From contig JBJOLT010000042.1 of the NCBI GenBank assembly GCA_046045415.1, positions 17,468 to 81,467 on the forward strand: a stretch of DNA of 64,000 nucleotides, written 5' to 3'. The position numbers and the translations under genes are program-made. The stretch is from Chloroflexota bacterium. GTDB taxonomy: Bacteria; Chloroflexota; Limnocylindria; Limnocylindrales; CSP1-4. Positions 17,519 to 27,225 of this stretch are shown here, one piece after another (within the stretch, counting starts at the first letter, position 1; each line of letters opens with the position of its first letter). Under the pieces are notes generated by a model. It was not told the DNA's origin, ran no database searches, and was given only the letters and a program-made list of their open reading frames with translations.

Positions 17519-18307
17519 TCAGTCGCCGAGCGGCAGCCGCTCGAAGACCGCGATGATCGGCCGGACGGGCATCGCGGCGGCGAGGTCGACGGGCGCGCCC
17601 CGGCCAGCATCCCCGGGCACCCCGGCCGCGTCATCCGCCACCTCGTCCGCGGATTCCGCCACCCCGTCCGGCGGGTCGCACGGGACGAAGCGCCACGTCC
17701 GGCTCCGCACGCCCGGGAGATACGGCCCGCGCCGGTGGCGCCCCACGATGCCGTGGAGCCCCTGGGCCGTCGCCGCCCGGTGGAGGTCGATCCCGGCACC
17801 GGCGATCGCCGGGACGACGACGAGGGAGCCGGCCGGAGTCGCGCCCGGGCCCGACGCGACCGTCGCGAGGAGGAGCTCCCGGCGACGCTCGAGCGGGAGC
17901 GCGAGGAGCGGCCGCCCGTCGAGGTCGAGGATGTCGAAGACGAGGTAGGCGGCGGCCGGTCCGGCCATGCCGGCGATCCGCGCGGCGAGCGCGACCGGGT
18001 CCGCCCGTCCGGCCGCGTCCGCGACGACGAGCTCGCCGTCGAGGAGCGCCGAGGCCGCGCCGACCGACGTCCCGAGGTCCGCGAGCTCGGGCAGGTTGGG
18101 AGCGAGGTCGCGACCGCGTGCGTCGTGGAGCCGTGCGGGCCGGCCCGGCGCGACGGCCGCGAGGAGCCGTTCGCCGCCCCACCGCGGCTCGAAGAGATGG
18201 TCCGCCGCGTCGAACGGGGTGCGACCCGGCCGCGCGAGCATCGGGCGGAGCGGCGGCGGGAGGCCCGGCCGGCCCGGCTCGAGGGGGAGGAGGAGCTGGT
18301 CGGCCAT
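17519..18307 (-). CDS. ATP-dependent DNA ligase-like nucleotidyltransferase domain protein with degenerate catalytic motifs (probable pseudo-enzyme)
   Basis: 262 aa. PMLA, LDGELVV, YLVFDILDLDG and LPLERRRELL align with ligase motifs. Motif I reads FEPRWGGER instead of KxDGxR, motif IV reads HGIVGR and motif V reads WRFV. No OB domain follows. Confidence 0.65.
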   Translation of the reverse strand: MADQLLLPLEPGRPGLPPPLRPMLARPGRTPFDAADHLFEPRWGGERLLAAVAPGRPARLHDARGRDLAPNLPELADLGTSVGAASALLDGELVVADAAGRADPVALAARIAGMAGPAAAYLVFDILDLDGRPLLALPLERRRELLLATVASGPGATPAGSLVVVPAIAGAGIDLHRAATAQGLHGIVGRHRRGPYLPGVRSRTWRFVPCDPPDGVAESADEVADDAAGVPGDAGRGAPVDLAAAMPVRPIIAVFERLPLGD

Positions 18308-18365
18308 CGCCGGCCGATGGTACCGGTCGCGCGACCGGCGGGGTCGCCGCTATCCTGACGCCCTG

Positions 18366-19337
18366 ATGCGGAGCGAGACGACCGTCGCCACGGACCGGAC
18401 CTCCGAACTCGTCCGCGCGTGGGACGGGCGCGGAAGTTCGGTGGGGCAGCTGCTCGCGCACGTCACGCCGGTCGACCGGGTGGGCGTCGAGGAGCGGGTC
18501 GCCGCGCTCCGGACGCGGAGCATCAAGCGCGAGTCGAAGCTCTGGGCGCTCGACCTCGCGATCCGGATGATGGACCTGACGACCCTCGAGGGGAAGGACA
18601 CGCCCGGGAAGATCCGCGCCCTCTGCGCGAAGGCCGTCCGGCCGCTCCCCGGCGACCCGTCGATCCCTCACGTCGCCGCCGTCTGCGTCTACCCGGCGCT
18701 CGTCGCCGAGGCGAAGGAGGCGCTCGCCGGGACCGGGGTGAACGTCGCCTCGGTCGCGACCGGCTTCCCGGCTGGCCAGACGTTCACCGAGATCAAGCTG
18801 ACCGAGACGCGCACCGCCGTCGAGGCGGGGGCCGACGAGATCGACATGGTGATCGACCGCGGCGCCTTCCTCGCGGGCGACTACCGGACCGTCTTCGACG
18901 AGATCGTCGCGGTGAAGGACGCATGCGGCCCCGCGCACCTGAAGGTGATCCTCGAGACCGGGGAGCTCGAGACGTACGACAACGTCCGACGCGCCTCGGT
19001 CCTCGCCATGGCGGCCGGGGCGGACTTCATCAAGACCTCGACGGGGAAGGTGCAGCCCGCCGCCACCCTGCCCGTGACGCTCGTCATGCTCGAGGCGATC
19101 CGCGACTTCCACCGGCGGACCGGGCGGATCGTCGGGATGAAGCCGGCGGGCGGGATCCGGACGGCGAAGGAGGCGATCCAGTACCTCGTCGTCCTCTACG
19201 AGACGCTCGGACCCCGCTGGATGACGCCGGATCTCTTCCGCTTCGGCGCGTCGTCGCTCCTGAACGACGTGCTGATGCAGATCGAGAAGGAGCGGACCGG
19301 CCGCTACTCCGACCCCGACGACTACTCGCTCGACTAG
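18366..19337 (+). CDS. deoC: deoxyribose-phosphate aldolase (long actinobacterial-type form)
   Basis: ATG 18366 within ORF 17967..19337. Class I aldolase motifs ADEIDMVI and DFIKTSTGK (Schiff-base Lys); also GMKPAGGIRT. Confidence 0.88.
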   Translation: MRSETTVATDRTSELVRAWDGRGSSVGQLLAHVTPVDRVGVEERVAALRTRSIKRESKLWALDLAIRMMDLTTLEGKDTPGKIRALCAKAVRPLPGDPSIPHVAAVCVYPALVAEAKEALAGTGVNVASVATGFPAGQTFTEIKLTETRTAVEAGADEIDMVIDRGAFLAGDYRTVFDEIVAVKDACGPAHLKVILETGELETYDNVRRASVLAMAAGADFIKTSTGKVQPAATLPVTLVMLEAIRDFHRRTGRIVGMKPAGGIRTAKEAIQYLVVLYETLGPRWMTPDLFRFGASSLLNDVLMQIEKERTGRYSDPDDYSLD

Positions 19338-19352
19338 GAGGACGGGACCGAC

Positions 19353-20879
19353 GTGACGGAGACGAAGGCGACCCCCGCGCCGTGGACCGGTGCCCGGGGT
19401 CCGGCGAGCTGGGGGCTCGGCGGCGGCGCCGCGATCCCCTGGGAGTACGCCCCCGCCCCGGAGTCGCGAGAGCTCGCCCGCCTCAAGCCGCGCTACGGGC
19501 TCTTCATCGACGGGAAGGAGCGCCCCGCCTCGGACGGCGCGGTCTTCGCGACGATCGATCCGTCGACCGAGGAGCCGCTCGCCGAGGTCGCCCGGGCGAC
19601 CGAGGCGGACGTCGAGCGCGCCGTCGCGGCGGCCCGTCGCGCCCAGTCGCGGACGTGGGGCGCGCTCCCCGGCCGCGAGCGGGCGAAGTACCTCTACCGG
19701 ATCGCGCGGATCATCCAGGAGCGGAGCCGGGAACTCGCCGTCCTCGAGTCGATGGACTCGGGCAAGCCGATCCGCGAGAGCCGCGACGTCGACGTCCCGC
19801 TCGCCGCGGCGCACTTCTGGTACTACGCCGGCTGGGCGGACAAGCTCGCCTACGCCTTCCCGGGGAGGGTCGCGCGGCCGCTCGGCGTCGCCGCCCAGGT
19901 GATCCCGTGGAACTTCCCGCTCCTCATGCTCGCGTGGAAGATCGCGCCCGCGCTCGCGGCCGGGAACACCGTGGTCCTGAAGCCCGCCTCCACGACGCCG
20001 CTCACCGCGCTCCGCTTCGCGGAGATCTGCGCCGAGGCGGACCTCCCGCCGGGGACCGTGAACATCGTCCCGGGTCCGGCCGCGATCGGGACCGCGCTCG
20101 TCTCCCACCCGCGGGTCGACAAGGTGGCGTTCACCGGCTCGACCGAGGTCGGCCGGCTCATCGCCCGCGCCGTCGCGGGGACGGACAAGGCCCTGACGCT
20201 CGAGCTCGGCGGGAAGGCGGCGAACATCGTCTTCGAGGATGCGCCGCTCGACCAGGCGATCGAGGGGATCGTGAACGGGATCTACTTCAACCAGGGCGAG
20301 GTCTGCTGCGCGGGCTCGCGGCTCCTCGTCCAGGAGTCGATCGCCGACGGGCTGATCGAGCGGCTCAAGGAGCGGCTCGACACGATCAGGGTCGGCGACC
20401 CGCTCGACAAGAACACCGATGTCGGCGCGATCAACTCCCGGGCGCAGCTCGAGCGGATCGACGAGCTCGTCGCGTCCGGGGTCGCCGAGGGCGCGAGCCT
20501 CTACCAGCCGTCGTGCGAGCTCCCCGGGCGCGGCTTCTTCATGCGGCCGACCCTCTTCACGAACGTCGCGCTCAGCCACCGGATCGCCCGGGAGGAGATC
20601 TTCGGGCCGGTCCTCTCCGTCCTCACGTTCCGGACGCCCGAGGAGGCGATCGAGAAGGCGAACAACACGCCGTACGGGCTCTCCGCCGGCGTCTGGACGG
20701 AGAAGGGGAGCCGGATCCTCATGATGACCCAGCGGCTGAAGGCGGGGGTCGTCTGGGCGAACACGTTCAACCGCTTCGACCCGACGTCGCCGTTCGGCGG
20801 CTACAAGGAATCCGGCTTCGGGCGCGAAGGCGGGCTCCACGGGCTCCACGCCTACGTCCGGCTGGAGGACCCCGCGTGA
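19353..20879 (+). CDS. NAD(P)-dependent aldehyde dehydrogenase
   Basis: 508 aa. VIPWNFPLLM, FTGSTEVG, ELGGKAAN (catalytic Glu) and NQGEVCCAGSR (catalytic Cys). Confidence 0.9.
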   Translation: MTETKATPAPWTGARGPASWGLGGGAAIPWEYAPAPESRELARLKPRYGLFIDGKERPASDGAVFATIDPSTEEPLAEVARATEADVERAVAAARRAQSRTWGALPGRERAKYLYRIARIIQERSRELAVLESMDSGKPIRESRDVDVPLAAAHFWYYAGWADKLAYAFPGRVARPLGVAAQVIPWNFPLLMLAWKIAPALAAGNTVVLKPASTTPLTALRFAEICAEADLPPGTVNIVPGPAAIGTALVSHPRVDKVAFTGSTEVGRLIARAVAGTDKALTLELGGKAANIVFEDAPLDQAIEGIVNGIYFNQGEVCCAGSRLLVQESIADGLIERLKERLDTIRVGDPLDKNTDVGAINSRAQLERIDELVASGVAEGASLYQPSCELPGRGFFMRPTLFTNVALSHRIAREEIFGPVLSVLTFRTPEEAIEKANNTPYGLSAGVWTEKGSRILMMTQRLKAGVVWANTFNRFDPTSPFGGYKESGFGREGGLHGLHAYVRLEDPA

Positions 20880-21796
20880 GCGCGAAGCGGCCGGCGGCGC
20901 CGGCGTCCCGCATCGACGTCCGCAAGACGTACAAGCTCTACATCGGCGGCGCGTTCCCCCGGACGGAATCGGGGCGGACCTACGTCGTCCGCGCCGGCGG
21001 CGTCGCGGCCGGGGACGAGCTCGCGAACGCCTGCCGCGCCTCGAAGAAGGACCTCCGCGAGGCGGTCCGCGCCGCGCGGGGCGCGAGCGCCGGCTGGGCG
21101 TCGCGCACCGCGATGAACCGCGGCCAGATCCTCTACCGGGTCGCCGAGCTGATGGAGGGCCGCCGCGCCCAGTTCGCCGAGGAGGTCGCCGCGGCCGAGG
21201 GGGTGTCGGCGCGGGTCGCGGGCGATCTCGTCGCCCGCGCCATCGACCGCTGGGTCTGGTACGCCGGCTGGGCCGACAAGCTCACCCAGGTCCTCGGGAC
21301 GGTCAACCCGGTCGGAGCCCCCTACTTCGACTTCACGATCCCCGAGCCGACCGGCGTCGTCGGCGTCGTCGCGCCGGAGCGCTCCTCGCTCCTCGGGCTC
21401 GTGTCGCGGGTCGCCCCCGTGATCGTCTCCGGGAACGCGTGCGTCGTCGTGGCGTCGGAGACGCGGCCGCTTCCCGCCGTGACGCTCACCGAGGTCCTCG
21501 CCACCTCGGACGTCCCCGGCGGCGTCGTCAACCTCCTCACCGGGCTGAAGACCGAGCTCGTGCCCGTCCTCGCGGCGCATGACGACGTCGATGCGATCGA
21601 CGTCTGGGGCGTCCCCGCCTCGCTCCGGGAGGCGGCCGAGGTCGCTGCGATCGAGAACATCAAGCGGATCGCCCGCCGCCCGGCCGGCGTCGCGGACGAG
21701 GCGTTCGACTTCACCGACGACCGCCGGGCCGAGCGGCCGGAGTGGATCGCCGCCTTCCTCGAGATGAAGACCGTCTGGCACCCGATCGGCGCCTGA
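20876..21796 (+). CDS. aldehyde dehydrogenase-like protein lacking the catalytic domain
   Basis: GTG 20876 overlaps the upstream ALDH stop (GTGA); it is the last 306 aa of ORF 18419..21796. It has the ALDH N-terminal/cofactor-domain pattern (YKLYIGGAF, VVAPERSSLLG, VSGNACVVVASE, PGGVVNLLTG) and the C-terminal tail (FLEMKTVW). It has no ELGG or Cys motif. Confidence 0.7.
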   Translation: MSAKRPAAPASRIDVRKTYKLYIGGAFPRTESGRTYVVRAGGVAAGDELANACRASKKDLREAVRAARGASAGWASRTAMNRGQILYRVAELMEGRRAQFAEEVAAAEGVSARVAGDLVARAIDRWVWYAGWADKLTQVLGTVNPVGAPYFDFTIPEPTGVVGVVAPERSSLLGLVSRVAPVIVSGNACVVVASETRPLPAVTLTEVLATSDVPGGVVNLLTGLKTELVPVLAAHDDVDAIDVWGVPASLREAAEVAAIENIKRIARRPAGVADEAFDFTDDRRAERPEWIAAFLEMKTVWHPIGA

Positions 21797-21903
21797 TCCT
21801 CCGGCGTCGGCGCCGGTGATCGCGCGCCGGTGAGCGAGCGATCGCACCGGATCCTCGCCCTGTTCCCGCCGGTGGCGAGCGGGGCACCCGGAGCGCACGT
21901 TCG

Positions 21904-22695
21904 TCACGCCCCACGGGAATAGGGCGACCCTCGCGACGACGCCCCCGCACGCCGCCGTGGCGACACCCGTCTGACTGCCGTCGTGGCTCCTCCAACGCCC
22001 CCTGCACGGGAATAGGGCGAGAACGAGAGGGCCCGGAGCGACCCGTGCGGCGACCGGAGCCACGAGCGAACGGCGCGGAACCCGTCCGGAAGGCCGGTCG
22101 CGATCAGGGGACCGGCGGACGCGAGGCGACGCCGGTTCATCGAGGACTCGGCGATGACGACCCAGACGCCGACCGAGGCCGGCCTACTCCAGCCTCGCTC
22201 CTGAGCCACCGCCGGGCCGAGCCGTCGGTACCGGTCGACCTGGGCCAGCAGCCGGCCAGGGTCGGCCAGCTCCGTCTTGACCTCGATCACCAGCAGCGCG
22301 GCAGCGTCGGGGTGCCACGCGAGGACGTCGATCGCGCCCCGTTCGCCGTAGACGGAGAACGTGACCTCCGCTGCGACGACCCACTCACGGGGGAGCAGCT
22401 CGAGGACGCGCCGCTGTAGCCGCACATGGTTGGCGTTGACGAGCCGATCCGAGTCGCCGCCCCGCCAGCGTGCGGACAGGCTCAGCCGCACCTCGAGGAC
22501 GCTCGCGATCGAACGCAGGTCCGCGAGCCGCAGGTCGTCGGCGCCGCCGGTCTCCACGCGCGAGATCTGGGAGCCCGACACGCCAGCCCGTGCCGCCACG
22601 TCCACCTGGCGCCACCCGCGCCCGATCCGGATCGCCCGCAGCAGTCGACCCACCGCGACGTCGTCCATCGGGAGACCGTAGCGAACGGGCCTCAT
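21904..22695 (-). CDS. XRE-family HTH domain fused to a PD-(D/E)xK nuclease-like domain
   Basis: 263 aa; an alternative ATG lies at 22668. N-terminal IRIGRGWRQVDVAARAGVSGSQISRVETG is an HTH_XRE pattern. Mid-region GAIDVLAW...LLVIEVKTEL fits the D...ExK motif. The C-terminal 50 aa are low complexity. Codon usage differs from neighbouring genes. Confidence 0.65.
   Translation of the reverse strand: MRPVRYGLPMDDVAVGRLLRAIRIGRGWRQVDVAARAGVSGSQISRVETGGADDLRLADLRSIASVLEVRLSLSARWRGGDSDRLVNANHVRLQRRVLELLPREWVVAAEVTFSVYGERGAIDVLAWHPDAAALLVIEVKTELADPGRLLAQVDRYRRLGPAVAQERGWSRPASVGVWVVIAESSMNRRRLASAGPLIATGLPDGFRAVRSWLRSPHGSLRALSFSPYSRAGGVGGATTAVRRVSPRRRAGASSRGSPYSRGA
21912..22020. repeat. two perfect 16-bp direct repeats, 93 bp apart
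   Basis: CACGGGAATAGGGCGA occurs at 21912-21927 and 22005-22020, read directly. Both copies are locally AT-richer than their surroundings and lie in the 3' tail of the HTH gene ORF. Confidence 0.9.
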
Positions 22696-22783
22696 CGACC
22701 GGTCGACTCGGTCGCTTCGTCACCGGCGAGCCCGCCACCCCACGGACTACGATCGTGGCACCGGACTTCCGACGAGGTGCCCC

Positions 22784-23693
<910 letters not shown>

Positions 23694-23704
<11 letters not shown>

Positions 23705-25364
23705 CGCCGCGGCCCGTCCGGCGATCCCGCTCCACCGCCGCCTCTACGGCTTCGGGAGCGTCTACGGGAAGACGATCCGCGACTCGCGGCTCTCGGTGAC
23801 GATCGCGTCCGGGCTGCTCGGCGGCCTCTCGCTCGCGATGGGTGCGGCGATCGGGACCGTCTTCCCGACCCCGGAGGCGCGCCTCGAGGTGAACCGCCTC
23901 GTCGGGACGATGCCGGCCGAGATGATGAACCTCTTCGGGAACGCGACGCTCATGGGGGAGCGCCTCGGCACGCTCGGCGGCTACCTCACGTGGAAGTACG
24001 GGGCGATCTTCGCGCTCGGGACCGCGATCTGGTCGATCCTCGCGCTCACCGGGACGCTCGCCGGGGAGGCGGCGCGGGGGTCGCTCGACCTCGTCGCCGC
24101 GACCCCGTTCGGGAAGCGCCGGATCGCGCTCGAGAAGCTCGCCGCGCATCTGACGACGCTCGCGTTCGCCCTCGCGGTCGTCTCCGTCATGGTCGTCGTC
24201 AGCTCGGCCGCCTTCGGCGACGAGGCGCTCGGCGACCGGATCGCCCTCGGGTCCGGGATCGCGTTCGGTGCGTGGATCGGGGCGCTCGCACTCTGCTTCG
24301 GCGGGCTCGCCTTCGCGCTCGCGCCCCTCCTCGGGCGGGGAGGCGCCGCCGCCGTCGCCGGCCTTGCGATGACGCTCCTCTGGCTCGCGAGCGGCCTCGG
24401 GGTCGGCGGCCCGCTCGTCGCCGCGAGCCCCTTCCACTGGACGAGCGGGCACATCCCGCTCGTCGGTCTCGTCGACTGGCCCGGCGTCGTCGCGACCGCG
24501 GCGCTCGGCATCGCCTTCCTCGGCGCGGGGATCGAGCTCTTCGCCCGCCGCGACCTCGGCGTGACCGCCGGGCTCCGGATGCCCCGCCTCCCGGCCGCGG
24601 CGCTCGGCGTCGACGGGCCGCTCGCCCGCGCGCTCGGCGACCAGCTCCCGCGCGCCCTCGCCTGGGGGCTCGGGATCGGGCTCTGGGGGGCGCTCCTCGC
24701 CTCGCTCGTCGGACCGTTCGCGGCGGAGCTCGGGCGCGACTCGACGCTCACCGCGATCTTCTCGTCGATCTTCCCCGGCTACGACTTCGCGACCGCCGGC
24801 GGCTGGCTCCAGCTCTACGCCGAGATCTTCTTCATCGCCGTCGGGTTCGCGGCGACGACCTTCGTCGCCCGCTGGGCGTCGGACGAGACGGACGGCCGGC
24901 TCGAGGCGATCCTCGCGTCGCCGCTCTCCCGGGGCCGCTGGGTCGTCGCCGGGGGCCTCGCGGCGACGATCTCGGTCGGGATCGTCACGCTCTGCTGGAT
25001 CGCCGGCGTCGCGGCCGGCGCGGGGGGCGTCGCCGCGGGAGGGGACGCCTATGCGGGCTCGCTCTCGCTCGGGCTCTTCGGGATCGCGGTCGTCGGGATC
25101 GGCGTCGCGGTCGGCGGGCTCTGGCGGGCCTCGGCGGCCGCGGAGGTCGCCGCGCTCTTCGTCGTCGCGACGTACCTCCTCGATCTCCTCGCGCCGGCGC
25201 TCGATCTGCCGGCCTGGGTCCGGGACCTCGCGCTCACCGCCCACTACGGGGAGCCGATGATCGGGCGCTGGGACCCGGTCGGCGTCGTCGCGTCGATCGC
25301 GATCGCCGTCGGCGGGATCGCGCTCGGGGCGCTCGGGATGGCGCGGCGGGACGTCGCCCGATGA
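23694..25364 (+). CDS. ABC-2 type transporter permease
   Basis: ATG 23694 in frame within ORF 23538..25364, overlapping the ATPase end by 11 nt. About 556 aa with many hydrophobic helices. Confidence 0.75.
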
Positions 25365-25365
25365 G

Positions 25366-25410
25366 CCCCGGGGGGCGGCGCTAGGCCCCGGGGGGCGGCC
25401 CTAGGCCCCG
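25366..25410. repeat. 20-nt tandem repeat (2.25 copies) in the convergent junction, containing the stop of the EamA gene
   Basis: CCCCGGGGGGCGGC(G/C)CTAGG occurs at 25366-25385 and 25386-25405, followed by CCCCG. The minus-strand stop (CTA 25401-25403) lies in copy 2. Each unit has a CCCCGGGG palindromic core. Confidence 0.9.
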
Positions 25411-26291
25411 ACGGCGACGAGGACGGCCCCGGCGACGACGATCGCCGCCCCAGCCGTCCGGCGGAGCCCGTCGCGGAGGTCCGACGCCTCGCCCATCCGG
25501 AACGAGGCGTACGCCGACCCGAGGACGATCGCCGACTCGCGGAGCGGCGAGACGATCGCGAGCGGCGCGACCGAGTAGGCCGTGAGGATCAGCACGTAGC
25601 CGCCGAGCGAGAAGAGGCCGGCGAGCGTCGCCCGGCCCCACGGCGCGGGCGCCCCGCGGACGCGGCCGTCGCCGAGCCGGGGGTCGACGAACCGCGCCCA
25701 CGCGACGAGGAGGACGGCGCCGATCGGGTAGAAGAGCCACGCGTAGAGCCACGCGGGGACCGTCTTCGCCCCGACGCTGTCGACCGCCGAGTAGACGGCG
25801 ATCGAGACGCCGGTCGCGACCGCGAAGGCGACCGCAGGATCGGCCGAGACCCGCCGCTCGCTGAGGACCCGCCACGGCCGGAGGATCGCGAGGATCCCCG
25901 CGAAGAGGAGCCCGACGCCGCCGATCGCGACCGGGCCGAGCCGCTCGCCGAGGACGAGGACGCCGATCGCGACCGTCATGAGCGGCGCCGAGCCGCGGGC
26001 GATCGGGTAGACGACCGAGACGTCGCCCCGCCGGTACGCGGCGGCGAGGAGGACGAAGTAGACGACCTCGAGGACGCCGGAGATCGTCGCGAGGACGAGC
26101 GCCTCGGGCGGGATCGGCGGGCGGCCGGCGACGAGATAGGCGATCCCCCCGACCGGGAGGAAGACGAGCGCCGAGGCGACGATCGCGCGCTCCGCCGTGA
26201 GGAGCGGGTCGCCGGACGTCTTGAGCAGGACGTTCCACGTCGCGTGGAGGACCGCCGCGACCGCGACGAGCCCGATCACCTCCGCCGGCAT
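25401..26291 (-). CDS. EamA/DMT family transporter
   Basis: 296 aa, about 10 TM helices, with two EamA-like halves (VVYPIARGSAPLMT, SPLRESAIVLG). Confidence 0.8.
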   Translation of the reverse strand: MPAEVIGLVAVAAVLHATWNVLLKTSGDPLLTAERAIVASALVFLPVGGIAYLVAGRPPIPPEALVLATISGVLEVVYFVLLAAAYRRGDVSVVYPIARGSAPLMTVAIGVLVLGERLGPVAIGGVGLLFAGILAILRPWRVLSERRVSADPAVAFAVATGVSIAVYSAVDSVGAKTVPAWLYAWLFYPIGAVLLVAWARFVDPRLGDGRVRGAPAPWGRATLAGLFSLGGYVLILTAYSVAPLAIVSPLRESAIVLGSAYASFRMGEASDLRDGLRRTAGAAIVVAGAVLVAVGA

Positions 26292-26298
26292 CGGGGCC

Positions 26299-27225
26299 TC
26301 AGGCGCCCCGGCCGAGGAGCTTCCGCGTCCCGAACCGGCTGTTCACGAGCCCGATCCCGCCGATGACGAGCGCCGTCCCGGCGAGGAGCCGGGCGTCGAC
26401 CGTCTCGCCGAGGACGAGGAACCCTCCGACGATGCCGACGATCGGCAGGATGTAGGCGACCATCGACGAGCGGGTCGAGCCCCACCGCGCGAGCAGGTGG
26501 TAGAAGCAGAGGTACGCGAGCCCGGACCCGAAGATCCCGAGCCAGACGACCGAGAAGGCGGCCTCCGGGACGAGCGCGACCTCGGCGGGCCGCTCGAAGA
26601 CGAGCGCGAGCAGGAGCGTCGTCGCGAAGGCGAAGCAGACCTGGAAGAAGGCGGGGATGAGCGGGTCCTGTCCCCGAAGCGTCCGGCGGGCGAAGACGTT
26701 CCCGACGGCGTACGACGCGGACGAGCCGAGCATCGCGAGCTCGCCGAGGATGCTCGAGTCCGTCGCGCCGGTGAGACTCCCGCTCGTCAGGACGACGATC
26801 CCGACGAAGCCGACGCCGAGCCCGGCGAGCCGGTTCACCGTCATCGGCTCGTCGTGGAGGACGAGCGCGGCGAGGACGATCGTGAAGAGCGGGACCGTCG
26901 CGTTGAGGATCGACGCGAGCGCGGAGTCGATCGAGCGCTCCCCCCACGTGATGAGCGAGAAGGGGAAGGAGATGCTGAAGATCGAGAGGACCGCGAGGTA
27001 GAGGTAGATCCGTGGCTCGCGGGGGAGGTGGACCCGGCGGAGGAGGAGGGCGACCGCGAGGACGAGCGTCCCGATCCCGAGGCGGCCCGCGATGAGCGTG
27101 AAGGTCGGGAGCGTCTCGACGGCGATCTTGATGAAGAGGTAGCTCGTCCCCCAGAAGAGCCCGAGGAGGCCGAACACGGCCCAGTCGCCGGGCGTCCCGG
27201 AGCGGGGAGGGGATGCCGCGGCCAT
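26299..27225 (-). CDS. EamA/DMT family transporter
   Basis: ATG 27225 inside ORF 26299..27855. 308 aa. LFWGTSYLFIK, NATVPLFT and SMVAYILPIVG are typical of EamA repeats. Confidence 0.8.
   Translation of the reverse strand: MAAASPPRSGTPGDWAVFGLLGLFWGTSYLFIKIAVETLPTFTLIAGRLGIGTLVLAVALLLRRVHLPREPRIYLYLAVLSIFSISFPFSLITWGERSIDSALASILNATVPLFTIVLAALVLHDEPMTVNRLAGLGVGFVGIVVLTSGSLTGATDSSILGELAMLGSSASYAVGNVFARRTLRGQDPLIPAFFQVCFAFATTLLLALVFERPAEVALVPEAAFSVVWLGIFGSGLAYLCFYHLLARWGSTRSSMVAYILPIVGIVGGFLVLGETVDARLLAGTALVIGGIGLVNSRFGTRKLLGRGA

Noticed and set aside
25381-26238. ORF 25381..26238 (-) and ORF 26197..27240 (+), which overlap the EamA genes.
   Set aside because: They are charged low-complexity translations. 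The EamA frames show regular hydrophobic helices and family motifs.
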